Both the position numbers and the translations under genes were made by a program. A stretch of 63,697 bases of DNA, from NCBI RefSeq assembly GCF_001194135.2, contig NC_068984.1, positions 32,521,397 to 32,585,093 on the forward strand, in the 5' to 3' direction. Shown here piece by piece: positions 50,848 through 63,697 of this stretch (the first letter of the stretch is position 1; every line of letters starts with the position of its first letter). The stretch comes from Octopus bimaculoides. Its lineage: Eukaryota. The notes beneath the pieces were generated by a model. The model saw only the letters and a list, made by a program, of their open reading frames with translations. It was not told the DNA's origin and made no database searches.

Positions 50848-51035
50848 AGGTTCAAAAAAACAATAACAAAAAAACAACAAAGTGAGGACGTGATACGGAT
50901 AGTGTTATTGGACGCTCGGGAAAGGAAAGAGAGAGTGTATATGACGTTTCGGGCGTAGCCCTTCGTCGGAAAGATGGAAAGTTCGGAGAATGGAAAAACG
51001 GAGAAGGAGGAAAATGGTACCGATGCCCACGAGGT
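50848..51035 (-). mobile_element. HHR-bearing repeat subfamily H2
   Basis: Homologous to 26400-26505 and 58575-58770; abuts (TA)n. Confidence 0.75.
50938..50974 (-). ncRNA. Minimal hammerhead-like motif (U4C, weak stem I)
   Basis: Minus strand reads TCTTT-CCGACGA-A-GGGC TAC GCCC-GAA-ACGT-C-ATATA. Confidence 0.55.
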
Positions 51036-51152
51036 TATATATATATAAAGTACTTATATTGTATGTATATATTTTATCAATTTGCTTGTATGGCTGATAT
51101 TCGCTTGCCTCTAGTGATAGTATTTTAATAATACCATTCCTCTTATATTTAC

Positions 51153-51192
<40 letters not shown>

Positions 51193-51477
51193 ACACATAC
51201 ACTCACATATATACACATATAGTTAATTAAATATGACCTTTGAAAACAAGGTATACTGGTAGTCAATTTAGTGCTCCAGTATGAGATATGTCTAAAACCT
51301 TAAAAAGATATTTAGAGAATCAGTGAGAGCGATTATATATTGGAAAGTAAAAAGCCGGAAAATTTACATCTTAAAAATCACAGTAGAGATAAGTAGATAA
51401 CATAAGCAATATTGTATTATTAAACAAATATATAAGTACAGCTATGATCATTAAAAAAGTTTTTAATGTTTTAAAAG

Positions 51478-51568
51478 TTCTTACGATCGTTTCATGAATA
51501 TATTACCTCTCAAAATGAAATCTAAAGTTGATAAGCATCGTTGGGAAGTATATCCACTCATCAGAGAA
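51478..51568 (-). ncRNA. Type I hammerhead ribozyme, intact core
   Basis: Minus strand reads TTCT-CTGATGA-GTGGATATA[loop]TATATTCAT-GAA-ACGATCGT-A-AGAA: 4-bp stem I, 9-bp stem II, palindromic stem III, GUA triplet. Confidence 0.78.
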
Positions 51569-51744
51569 ACGATGACTTTCAATGGAGGAAATCGAATGAT
51601 TGAAATGCCATTTAAAATCGAATGATTTTCAGCTCAAATTTATACCAACACAGATTTATACCAATAATTTTTTAAACAGCATCGTTCTCATTCCATTTTC
51701 AATAGCATTTTCCTCATTCAATTTCCTCCACTGAAATTCATCGT

Positions 51745-51835
51745 TTCTCTGATGAGTGGATATAATTTTCAACGAAGCTTATCAATTTTAGATTTCATTT
51801 TGAGAGGAAGTATGTTCATGAAACGATCGTAAGAA
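51745..51835 (+). ncRNA. Type I hammerhead ribozyme, intact core
   Basis: TTCT-CTGATGA(51749-51755)-GTGGATATA[46-nt loop]TATGTTCAT-GAA-ACGATCGT-A(51831)-AGAA; predicted cleavage after 51831. Confidence 0.78.
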
Positions 51836-52213
51836 CTTTTAAAACATTTAAAAATATTTTTTTAATGATCATAGCTGTAGTTTATCTATTTATTTATCAA
51901 CACAATATTTCTTATATTATGTACTTATCTCTACTGTGATTTTTAAGATATAACTTTTCAAACTTTTTACTCTCTAATATATATATATATATANNNNNNN
52001 NNNNNNNNNNNNNNNNNNNNNNNNNNNNNNNNNNNNNNNNNNNNNNNNNNNNNNNNNNNNNNNNNNNNNNNNNNNNNNNNNNNNNNNNNNNNNNNNNNNN
52101 NNNNNNNNNNNNNNNNNNNNNNNNNNNNNNNNNNNNNNNNNNNNNNNNNNNNNNNNNNNNNNNNNNNNNNNNNNNNNNNNNNNNNNNNNNNNNNNNNNNN
52201 NNNNNNNNNNNNN

Positions 52214-52260
<47 letters not shown>

Positions 52261-52280
52261 ATGTGTGTTTGTATATATAT

Positions 52281-52494
52281 ATATTTATATAAAGGGCATT
52301 ATTATAGAAAAATAATAACGCCACACAGTGGACTTCTCAAAAAATAACCACATTTAGTACCTATGCGAGGAAAAAACAACCAACAGAAGATGTTGATTGT
52401 TTTTTCCTCGCATAGGTTCTAAATGTGGTTATCTTTTGAGAAGTCCACTGTGGCGTTATTATTTTTCTATAATAATGCCCTTTATATAAATATA
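52281..52494. repeat. Near-perfect hairpin element, about 105-bp arms, 5-nt loop
   Basis: ...AAAAAACAACCAACA-GAAGA-TGTTGATTGTTTTTT...; arms differ by about 3 substitutions and one 2-nt indel; no HHR core. Confidence 0.92.
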
Positions 52495-52604
52495 AACGAA
52501 TAATTATATTCTTGGGAATAGATATTTCCCTAATGAATTTTTTTACACACTGGCTTCTTGATAAAATTCTTGTAAAAGAGTTTTATCCTGTTTTGAAATT
52601 TATT

Positions 52605-52651
<47 letters not shown>

Positions 52652-53009
52652 ATATATATATAAGTGTGTGTGTACATGTATATACACACACACTCACATA
52701 TGTATACACAGACACGTGTGCATACACACAAACACATATATGTGTGAGTGTGTGTATCTTTCTGCTTGTCCTCACCATCAGCACCATAGCTTGAAAATGG
52801 TGATAGATTTTTTTTTGTCCCCTGTAATGTAATGTTCTGGCAAAAGAGACCAGTAGAATGAGTACCAGATTTAAAAAAATAAGTGAATTGGGTTCAATTT
52901 GTTTGAATAAATACTTCAAGTTGGTACCTCAGCATGGCCACAGTGCAATTTCTGAAACAGGTTAAAGATAAAAATGTATGAATTGTTTCTGTTCATATTA
53001 TATAAGAAT

Positions 53010-53190
53010 GTTCAAGGTGGTGAGCTGCAAAATCATTAGTACATTCTAAGTTCAAATTCTGCTGAGGTTTACTTTACCTGTCATCCTTTTGGGATTCAAA
53101 AAATTAAGTACCAGTTGAGTACTGGGTCAATGTGATCAACTATCCCCCTCCCCCAAATTTCAGGCCTCATGCCTAGAATAGAAAGGATTA
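53010..53190 (+). mobile_element. SINE family A
   Basis: AAGGTGGTGAGCTGCAAAATC...GTTCAAATTCTGCTGAGG...CCCCCTCCCCCAAATTTCAGGCC. Confidence 0.8.
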
Positions 53191-53534
53191 TATAAAAAAT
53201 GTTCAGAAAGTTAGCTTTAATTTTTTTTTTCTTAAAGGAGTTATACAGAATTCATATTTACATTTTCCATATTTTTTTCATTAGCTACTGTTTTTAATTT
53301 CTATTTCTTATTTTATTTTTTTATTTTTTAGCACACTAAAGTATAATTCATGCACTAACATATATGTAATAAAATTGTTGAAATGCAACATTGCTAAATT
53401 TATGTGTCTATATCTGTGCTGACATTTCCACGGCTTAAAATCCTGCAGCTTGGAAGTTTAACAAATTGTGAAGAAATGATTACTGCTCTTAAATATCATT
53501 AATGGGTTGTATATATGTATACTGGAACTGTAAG

Positions 53535-53573
<39 letters not shown>

Positions 53574-54145
53574 TAAACGTGTATGTTATGTTAGAACAAA
53601 CTACACTGCAGTAATTACCTTGAGAGAAACTCTCATATTGGCTTTTGATGCAAAAGGTATTCATTTATTGATACTGCTTCTGTTTCTAAGCAAAAACGTG
53701 GATCAATGCCCTGCAGACACAAATCCAAAATACCAAATTTTCCCTCTTTATCAATGTACAAGAAACACTTTAACCTTATTCTGATTGATTAAGGAAAGCA
53801 TGTTAATTAAAAAATACAAATCACAACTATTAATAAATATCTTGATAATAACACACCAGAAAGAGAAAACTCAATTTGTAACTTTAAACTCTTCTTAGTC
53901 CTTTATTTATATATTTGTATCATTGAGAAGCAAAACATTGTCCAAACGAGTTTGGTGTGTGAATATCTATTGCAAAAGTTGAAAACGACTACACGTTTCA
54001 GATGCATTTTCAACCGCCAAAACAAATTCTCGTTTACTTTTTCATGTGTGGGAATACACTTCTTTCCATATGAATACACACACATGCACACACACGCACA
54101 CACACATACATATATATTAGTTTATATTATCTCTCTATCTATCTA

Positions 54146-54206
<61 letters not shown>

Positions 54207-56513
54207 NNNNNNNNNNNNNNNNNNNNNNNNNNNNNNNNNNNNNNNNNNNNNNNNNNNNNNNNNNNNNNNNNNNNNNNNNNNNNNNNNNNNNNNNNNNNNN
54301 NNNNNNNNNNNNNNNNNNNNNNNNNNNNNNNNNNNNNNNNNNNNNNNNNNNNNNNNNNNNNNNNNNNNNNNNNNNNNNNNNNNNNNNNNNNNNNNNNNNN
54401 NNNNNNNNNNNNNNNNNNNNNNNNNNNNNNNNNNNNNNNNNNNNNNNNNNNNNNNNNNNNNNNNNNNNNNNNNNNNNNNNNNNNNNNNNNNTGTGAATAT
54501 CTATTGCAAAAGTTGAAAACGACTACACGTTTCAGATGCATTTTCAACCGCCAAAACAAATTCTCGTTTACTTTTTCATGTGTGGGAATACACTTCTTTC
54601 CATATGAATACACACACATGCACACACACGCACACACACATACATATATATTAGTTTATATATAGAAGAAACTTCAAAGCCTGATGGAGTGGTGTGTGTT
54701 GCAACATACAGCAAATGCTGGGCTTTTGGTCATCTAAACTTGGCAGAATCCTTCCCAAGCCACAGATGAGTTCTTTCAGGAAGAGAGAGGTGGAAAGAAA
54801 AAGAGGAACATCCTTACTGGATTGGTACTTTATTTACCAGTACCAAACAAATGAAATGTAAAGCTGATATCAGCATAATTGGAACCTAGAGATCAAGGAA
54901 CTGGAATGAACACTTCTAGACATTATCCATTGCTCTAACAACTCTCTCAAGTTGTATTTAATAAATCTGTTTTCAATTAAATGTTTTATTTCCAAGGTAA
55001 ATCTAGGTGTCTTGTTAGTGCAAAAATAATAACGACAAGAAATTCTTTTGTTTTTCGAAGTTCTTTTGATGCTTTTCTTGTGAAGTGTAATGTAAGCATG
55101 TGAAGATATTTTCTTTTGATTTTTTCAAAATAAAAATTTAAATGTCCCCTACTTGGTTAATCATACATTTAAGATCAATAGCTTACATTCTGAATTCATG
55201 AAGGCTTATATAAGTTATATTAGTTTATAACTGTCAGTTCAATCTCCTACTTACCTTTTCCTTTATGTTTTTTTTCATCTTTCTTTTTTTTCTTTTGAAG
55301 ATATTTTTGAAGTTTCAACTCTGTGAGAAATGATAAAATCTTTAAAATTCTTTGAAATTGTGGATCTTCACAAATTTAACACTATACAATTATTTTTAAC
55401 TATTTAGCTGTTGCATCTATTTAATTTCTTTTTTTTTAATCTCAGGAAAAATATAATTGTTTCATTGATTCTCAAATGCTGTAATAGAATCTTTACAAAA
55501 TCTTTTACAAGGTAAACTTTTACAGATTAGACACTTTCTTTCATTAGTTTTTAACTATTTTGTAAGTGAATATCATTGAATGTTTAGATTTTATATTTTT
55601 AGAAAATATAATGGAAACTATTTTCAAATCTTTTAACACTGAAATCCATTATATAAAACACTAAAAAAATATATTTACACATGAAACATTTGTGGATAAT
55701 GCTTTAAACACCAACAAAATTTATAATAAATGTTTGCATTCTATGCTGAAGATAACATAACAAGCATTGATATTCCAGTAATGGAAACAGTTTTAAGTTC
55801 AGTTTCTTACATTTTCATTTTTAATGTCAGTAACAATTAAGGTTGCATTGCATCATTGAAAATATCATAAATCAAAGAAACTAAGGAAATTTTAGCAAAT
55901 CATTTTAAATGTTATGTATTGGATTGAAATAGCTTTTCATACTTTACTGAAAATGTATACTAAAATTTCTGAAGTTCTATTCTACTATATCCCTATAAGT
56001 AGGTGATATATCAGATCCTAGGGTGCTGTTGTGAAGCTCCAAGTTCCAACAAAATTTTGTTTGCAGTGGGTAATTCAAAACATTGCTACAGTGTGGCAGA
56101 ATTACATTTATCTATTTAATGTATAGTGTAATTCTTGCTGTTGTCTTTATTTAATTTAGTACAGGTTTAACAAACGGAAAAAGACATATTAAGATCCAAT
56201 AGAAGGATTTATCATTAAATCATTAAATTTGTTTCCAACTTTTTACAAGAATTGAGTATTGGATATAGTTTGGAATATTTCTATTTCTGATTAGCTTTTA
56301 TTGAAAATGTTTTCTTTTTTTTTCTCTGAAAATTCTATATCAGCTAAATACAATCTTTTTGTTAACTAAATGAAACTCCTGTATAAATGAAACAGAATAT
56401 TTGTAATAACCAAGCCCAATACCTGTATTAAGCAAGTATGATGTTTGCATTAGTTAGGTACAGTCCCTATATTAACCAATAATACATTTTTATATTACTT
56501 ATATATACCACAG

Positions 56514-56649
56514 AGTTTCAGCCATTTCTGATGCCATGCAAGCACTTAACTTTGGTGAACTGAGAACTCAACAGATGATATGCAAATATTCCATGGATAG
56601 GATTGTATCTATTAGCAGACAAGATGACAATTTAGTGTCTCTTCTATAA
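56514..56649 (+). CDS. Possible terminal exon (VSAISDAMQALNFGELRTQQMICKYSMDRIVSISRQDDNLVSLL*)
   Basis: Acceptor TATACCACAG (or an in-frame alternative at 56522), 44 open codons to TAA; phase 2 start is compatible with the 43708 candidate. Confidence 0.33.
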
Positions 56650-58574
56650 ATATAACACAATTAAATATCTACTTCATAAAGTCTTTCAGTAAATACATTA
56701 TTTATTTGTCTGTTTTAATTCTTATTTATTTGAGGTGAATTTTGATATATTAATGTATGCATTTATACATGCCTAACAAAGTGTATGGCAGTCTATATAT
56801 GTACTGAAACTGGCATGGATGAGTGGTTAAGAAGTTTGCTTCACAGTGATATGAACCAATGATATGAACCATTGCTTAGTATCTTGGACAAATATCTTTA
56901 TCATAGCCTCAGCTTAATCCAAGCTTTGTTAGTGAAACTGAGTTGACAGAAATTGTTTAGAAGTATTTCAAGTGGATTGTATCAATAATTCAATAATCCT
57001 GCCTTGTTGCATATTGCATCAAACTGCTTCTGTTTAAGAATTTCATAAAGTACTCATGTTATGTGGAATATTCAGCCTTACTTGCTAACTGAACAAGATG
57101 GACATTTCGTTAAAAAAAACAAACTGAATTGTCACTGTTGAAACCAACAAAGGATCCATTGCACCTATCTAACTGCATAATTTTTGATTATTATATTGTA
57201 CTTACTGGTATTATTGCCCTAGTGAGAAAAGAATACTCCATTGTTACAATGATTACCAGTTACTTACTGAAATTGACTGAATTAACAATGTATATGTGCA
57301 CACCACTCTGTAGTGTAAATGTAACACATTGGTATATATAAGAAATACTTATAATTAATATAATCAATTTAACACCCTCTTTTTCATGTGTTTGCCTTTT
57401 ATTTCAGGGCTACCATCTCTTTTGTTACCCTTGTGCCAAAATAAAAATATTATCATGATTATTGTTATTACTAAATTGCATGAGTGTTTGCTAAATGGCA
57501 TCTTTTAGCAAATGATAGAAGTTTAAAGATACTAGTTTAAAAAGTGCTATGTTCTTTGTTTTCACAACTCTGCTTATATAAAAGAACATAGCCTGCAAGA
57601 TTATGAGATTCCATTACCAGACATAGATGTTTTCTTCTTTTAATCTATGCATTTAATTTATTACTTTAATAATGAGATGTCGCCAATACACTGAATTGAG
57701 AGAACTTCTCATGTCACTGTAAAATCTGAAATGTTCCAGCAAGTCTGTCGATGATTCTTTGCAGTTTCTCTAGAGGCCTTCATTTAAGAAGGCATATAAT
57801 CAATATCAGTCAGTTCTAAGTCACTGCTGTGTTTGTTTAGCCACACAAGAAGCTGTCAAGAGAAAGAGAGGCTCACAATAAGAAACTAATATATCTACGA
57901 AATAGACACATGAATATTGTATAGCTAACATGAGACAGATTTCAGCTCAGAGAACAAATGATTTCCTTATAAAACAAAAGGCAAATTGGCAACTCTGACT
58001 AGAAGAAGATAGAATAAGATTACCATTATTTACTATTGTCCAAAATGTTATAATAACAATAGCAACAATAGCAACAACAGCAGCAACAACAACAACAACA
58101 ACAACACCACCAACAACAACAACAACAACAACAACACCAACAGCAAAAATATTATTGCAGATGTAGTTGTTTTTATTACTTTTATTCATTTCTTTTATTC
58201 TTTATTGCAATTAATGAGCACTATCATCATTGGTTACAAATATTTGATGAGCCAATCACTGGTTCACTGCTTTCCTTGTGGCAACAGTAAAAAGAGAGTG
58301 TCTGTGTAACAGTGCAGAACAAATATCAACATAAGACCTCATTTCCAGACCAATAGATTTTCATTTTGCTCTTGTCATATATATTCTTTGTGAGCATACA
58401 TAAATGGTATACTTGTGTGTGTGTGTGTGTGTGTGTATTGTAGTTATAGCAATACTGTGTCACACAACTGGCACCCAAAAGTACCGATTACACTCTCAAA
58501 GAGGTACGTTGCTGTTAGGAAGGGCATCCAGCTGTAGAAACCATACCAAATCATACATACATATATATGTGACT

Positions 58575-58770
58575 GCGTGTGCATCGTTGGCGATTTTCTT
58601 TCTCCGTCTTCCCTTCTTTGGACTTTCTCTATATTTCTGATAAAGAGCTCAGCTCAAAATGTGAAATCCTCTTTCTTTTCTTTCCTTTCCTGAGTGTCCA
58701 ATAACACTGTACTTGTTCCACGTCCTTGCGTTGTTGTTTTTTCTTGCTTGTTCATGTTTGGTTTGACTAT
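58575..58770 (+). mobile_element. HHR-bearing repeat subfamily H2 with decayed ribozyme at 58633-58667
   Basis: ATTT-CTGATAA-A-GAGC TCA GCTC-AAAA-TGTG-AAAT, then TTTCCTGAGTGTCCAATAACAC as in the other H2 copies; followed by (TA)n. Confidence 0.7.
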
Positions 58771-58787
58771 GTGTATATGTCTATATA

Positions 58788-58860
<73 letters not shown>

Positions 58861-58967
58861 TAGCATGGAAGGCGGACGTTAAACGATGATGATGATGATG
58901 ATATAATTTTCAGAATGAGATAAAAATCCAAGACTGTGAAAGATTTTAGAACATTTATAAATAGAAG

Positions 58968-59015
58968 GTCTTACAGCTGTTTCCGGGATATTTTATAAAT
59001 CTCTTCATCAGAGAC
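58968..59015 (-). ncRNA. Hammerhead-like motif, core intact, stem II eroded
   Basis: Minus strand reads GTCT-CTGATGA-AGAGATT TATAAAA TATCCCG-GAA-ACAGCTGT-A-AGAC. Confidence 0.62.
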
Positions 59016-59333
59016 GATGTGAGAAAATGGTTAAGCAATAGTTAATTTAGATTAGATATGAAATAGAAAGTGAAGTGGAGGAAAGAAAAATGGATGTGCG
59101 ATATGCAGGGATATTGCATTTGTAGAGTCATTATTTAGGCAGATGGTATACATGTAAGATTTTGGAAGTTACTCACAAGGTATTAGAATCTCATATGTAT
59201 ATCATTCTGCCTAAATAATGGATCTACAGATGCAATATCCCTGCACATCTCACAACCATTTTCATTCTTCCACTTCACTCTCTATTTCATATTTTATTTA
59301 AATTAACCATTGTTTAACCATTTTCTCACACCA

Positions 59334-59379
59334 TCTCCGATGAGGGGATATATAAAATATCCCAGAAACAGCTGTAAGA
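59334..59379 (+). ncRNA. Hammerhead-like motif, stem II largely intact, U4C
   Basis: TCT-CCGATGA-G-GGGATA TATAAAA TATCCC-A-GAA-ACAGCTGT-A-AGA. Confidence 0.62.
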
Positions 59380-59640
59380 CCTTCTATTTATAAATGTTCT
59401 AAAATCTTTCACAGCCTTAGATTTTTAGCTAATTCTGAAAATTCTTTTTATGTATACACATGCTGATATATGACCTATGTTGAACTCTTTATTTGCATAA
59501 TCATTCAAATATAGTTTGTCCATAGCACTTACGTGGCATTACCTGACACCTTTGGGTCTTATTGACACCATTACCTCTCATAACCTCTATGTGTATATAT
59601 ATGTATGTATATATGTGTGTGTATATGTATATATATACAC

Positions 59641-59689
<49 letters not shown>

Positions 59690-59690
<1 letters not shown>

Positions 59691-59938
59691 TGCATGACTG
59701 GCACCCATGCTGGTAGCATATAAAAAACACCATTTGAGCATGGCTGATGCCAGTGCTGCCTGATTGGTTCCCATGCTGGTGGTACAACACTCTCAGAGTG
59801 GTTGGTGTTAGGAAGGGCATCCAGCTTTAGAAACTTTGCCAGATCAGACTGGCAGATCAGTTCTCAGTCAAACTGTCCAACCCATACCAGCATGGAAATC
59901 GGATGTTAAGCGATAAGGATGATGATGATGATGATGAT

Positions 59939-59940
<2 letters not shown>
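59690..59940 (+). mobile_element. Family C with (ATG)n tail
   Basis: GGTTGGTGTTAGGAAGGGCATCCAGC...CATGGAAATCGGATGTTAAGCGATAAGGATGATGATG. Confidence 0.75.
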
Positions 59941-60003
<63 letters not shown>

Positions 60004-60007
60004 ATAT

Positions 60008-60129
60008 GGGAGAATTTACGAAAAAAACAACAGACGAGGACAGGTGGTGTAAACAACAAATGGATGTATTAGTTTAATGCTCAGGAATAGAGAATGTCTT
60101 TGACGTTTCGAGCTACGCTCTTCAACTGA
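60008..60129 (-). mobile_element. HHR-bearing repeat subfamily H1, cut by an N gap
   Basis: TCTTTGACGTTTCGAGCTACGCTCTTCAAC identical to 4300-4329. Confidence 0.75.
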
Positions 60130-62514
60130 NNNNNNNNNNNNNNNNNNNNNNNNNNNNNNNNNNNNNNNNNNNNNNNNNNNNNNNNNNNNNNNNNNNNNNN
60201 NNNNNNNNNNNNNNNNNNNNNNNNNNNNNNNNNNNNNNNNNNNNNNNNNNNNNNNNNNNNNNNNNNNNNNNNNNNNNNNNNNNNNNNNNNNNNNNNNNNN
60301 NNNNNNNNNNNNNNNNNNNNNNNNNNNNNNNNNNNNNNNNNNNNNNNNNNNNNNNNNNNNNNNNNNNATATATATATATATATACGAAATAGATGTTAAA
60401 TTATCTATAATCTAGTAAGCAAACGACAGATTTGTCATGATTTTATCATCTCCGATCATAGATGTATTCATCTAGGTTGACTTGTAGCATAACAACATCA
60501 CCAGCAACAGCAACTAGAACTTCTGACAGAAATCTATGTTTGCATATGGAATTATAAATTGTTTACATCATTATAATACAATTTCCTTCTTTTATTGTTT
60601 CATGACAATTTTTCCTTGCAGTACCTTTAAGATTGTCGAGACTATAACTGTATACAGAATATTAATTGCACAATTACTTAGGTGGTGTTTTTATAATGTT
60701 ATTTTTTGTTCTTTTATATTGAGTAGGCTGATCATTGCTTTTTAGTCTTCTTCACTCAATTAATTGAAATTGGTAACACTAATCACTAGCAGTGATTTCT
60801 TAATATTTTGACAGGTGTAACTCATCTAATTTTTCTGACTCAATTAAAAAAGACCTGGTGATAATTAGCATAGCTAATTCATTGGAAAGATGGTGATTCA
60901 TTCTTTGTTGTAGCAACTATGCTATAATAATTGTACCTCAGCTGCACTAATTCTTCCACATTTTCATTTCAGTGTCAGTGATTTTAACCACTAAATTCTT
61001 CTTAGATTATTTATTACGGTGTTTTGGCAATGTTACAAATGTCTGATTACCCTAAAAGATCATCTAATATTGGGAAGACAAAACATTTTAAAGTTTTAAG
61101 GTTTTTAGTTGTGTCTTCCTATTATTGAAAGTGTTTTGCTTGTCATATCCCTGGCATCATCAAAAACAACAACAACAGCCCAAGAAATATATCTAAGACT
61201 GTATTACCTGTTGTGTTTTTTCACTCTTTTACTAGTAAGGTGTGATCTAATGGAGGCTGAAATACTACTATTCAAATGACCACATAGAAGTTCCTTCATA
61301 AGCTTAGAAATAAGTTCACCAGCAAAAGTGGGATTGATAGCAGAAATAGTTTAGATATTTCTAACATTATTTCTGAGGGTTATAATTGAGACTTTTAATG
61401 ACTATTGAAATATTTTTTCTGTCAGTGTTATGCTTTGGAGTAAGAATATTCTAAGTGTTGGTTTTGATATTGTAGCATAATAGTCTTTCATGGTGAACTG
61501 CAAGAAATGTCACTTATTTTTGTCAGGGATCTTATTAAATCAATCGATCATGGCATATGTGCTACTCCAGAGAGTTTATGTCAAGTGTGTTTTTGTTTTC
61601 AGTATGAATGTGCTTCTGATTTTCTTGTTGATAATGCCTAAGTCTGATGTTAAAGAGTTTATTAGTCTAACAGATAGGTTGTGAGTGAAACTGGATTTTT
61701 GTTTATTAATGCACATAATTACATATATATGGACATATTCGAAAATATATGCATGCATATGGGCAAAAATATATGAACATTTCAAGGTTCATATGTGTAT
61801 GTATTACTGTATTTATATATTATTTATATAATGCGATATACTATGGAAAAATGCATTCTTATGCATTCATCTGGTTAAGAGTAAAATCAAGGAATTGTGT
61901 GTATGCAATTCTCTATATTAATTATTAATATAATATCATTATAAATAACCACACAAAACAAAGACTAGAAAACCCCATTAAATATTTGCAGTAACGTAGT
62001 CTTCTCAATTCTTTGCTTCCACAAAACAATCAGTCTAAAATTTCTGAATAGAAATCTAATTTCACCAAAATTAGTTCAAACTTCGTTTGGCATATGCTGT
62101 GTTACCAACTAATTTATTTTCAAGCATTCTGTTTGTAAAACTCAAGTCATTACATAAACTGACTAATACAAAGAATATTGCGACCTGAATTTGACATACT
62201 TCCATGCTTGACTGAATCTAAAACAACCAAAATATTCCAACATCAAACTAAATAAAATCTCCTCACAATAACTTTCTATCATCTCCAACACCCTAAAACA
62301 CATACTTTCCTCCTACCTCCTTTATCACTGCTTCCTCAGACTGCTTACAACAGATCTAAGTACCGTTTCACATTGTTTCACCTACCCTCACCCACAAACA
62401 TTCAAATTATGAGAGACTATCATACCCAAGAACATCCCCAATAAAACACAGTCTGAATGATGTATGCAAACTGGAACTTCAAAATTACTACTGCCATTCT
62501 TTTCTTTCCACAAG

Positions 62515-62730
62515 TTTCTTTTCTACTCTAGACACAAAACCGAAATTTTGGGGGAGGGGGGCCAGTTGATTAGATCGACCCAGTATGCAACTGGTACTTA
62601 ATTTATCGACCACAAAAGGATGAAAAGTTAAGTCGACCTTGGCGGATTTTGAACTCAGAACATAAAGACAGACGAAATACTGCCAAGCATTTCACCCGGC
62701 ATGCTAACGTTTCTTCCAGCTCACCACCTT
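62515..62730 (-). mobile_element. SINE family A
   Basis: GAAATTTTGGGGGAGGGGGCCAGTTGATTAGATCGACCCAGT...GGCGGATTTTGAACTCAGAAC. Confidence 0.88.
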
Positions 62731-63697
62731 TTCCTTCCAGAAGTTTAACAAACATTTACTCTACTAAGCAGCATTCAGTAATCCTTCAGATAAATATTAA
62801 AGTCTTTTTATATATAACTTGACATAAAAACAAATATCTGTATTGTGGGATGCGCAATGTTTTAGGTTACAAGCTGTTAAAGGTTTATAACCAGAAGCAT
62901 TATGTCATGTAGCAGTATTTTCCCTTGTTAATGGCAGCCAAAATTATTCTTCGTTTTTTAGTTACTTTGTTTCACAGGGCCTTAAGTTATGTTCAATCTA
63001 ACTGTGGAAGAATAAAACTTGCAATGATAAGATGAAATAAACATTTTCAATATAGCTAAAGGTTTCCATGTTAATAATATGATATTAAATAACATAGATA
63101 TTGATATCAATAAACATTAAATGTTTATTCAGAGACTAAAATTGATATATAAATATATTCTGTAAAAATCGTAAAATCATAACCAATATTTAAAATATCT
63201 TTGTTAAGCATTAATAAAATATCATTAGACTGTTACATGCTAAATATATGTAATAGAAATAGGCAAATATAAATAAAAATATGTCTGGTTGCATGTTGAA
63301 CAAGCATTCTTAAGCTGTGTGTTCCTTTCAACTGGACCTTTGAACCAGGAACCAAAGTATGTGAAAAACAAATGTTGAGGTGGCAAATAATATAGGGTAA
63401 TTATGTTACAACTAAATACAAGCTATATAGAATTTTTCTATGATATTCTTTGATAATGGCATCATGATTCTTTGCAGAACCTCAACTGCTGAAATAGATG
63501 TGAAACACCAATATATATGTGCATAGATCTCATAGATTCTGCAGAATTGGCATGCAGTTTGAATTGGCATAGCCGTAGTTACCTATCTTTTTTTTGTGTT
63601 GTTGTACAAAATGAGAAGTCATGAAAATATGACCTCAATTACCACACACATCCAAATACATATATATTTTATATATACATACATATATATATATATA

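Larger units (their letters stand above)
51336..51981. mobile_element. Foldback element of about 645 bp carrying one hammerhead per strand
   Basis: Arms about 51336-51600 and 51710-51981 are reverse complements (e.g. ATCTTAAAAATCACAGTAGAGATAAGTA / TACTTATCTCTACTGTGATTTTTAAGAT); spacer about 110 nt. Confidence 0.88.
58905..59443. mobile_element. Foldback element of about 540 bp carrying one hammerhead-like motif per strand
   Basis: Arms about 58905-59161 and 59186-59443 are reverse complements; spacer about 24 nt. Confidence 0.9.

Noticed and set aside
53959-54662. Identical sequence of about 170 bp on both sides of the 54207-54491 gap
   Set aside because: 100% identity flanking an N gap indicates unmerged contig overlap.

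Overview
AT-rich, microsatellite-dense eukaryotic DNA with nine N gaps. The SINE families and repeat landscape look like an octopus (coleoid cephalopod) genome, which is my inference from pattern recognition, not a search result. There is no long intact ORF, and almost every entry in the six-frame track is a translated microsatellite or gap. The window holds decayed transposons: a DD41D Tc1/mariner, two DD34D mariners, two hAT elements with 8-bp TSDs, a probable CryptonV-type non-autonomous element, RTE, R4/Dong-like and other LINE fragments, a Penelope GIY-YIG fragment, and at least four SINE-like families. A few small splice-site-bounded open frames on the + strand may be exons of an unidentified large-intron gene. 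The main unexplained signal is about ten minimal hammerhead ribozyme (HHR)-like motifs from several unrelated repeat families, most with a palindromic stem III of the dimer-cleaving type. Two foldback elements (about 540 and 645 bp) carry one hammerhead on each strand, and both cores are intact at 51.3-52.0 kb. Seven long inverted repeats occur in 64 kb. HHRs in Penelope-like repeats are established biology; whether these families and the paired-ribozyme foldbacks are already described cannot be checked here.
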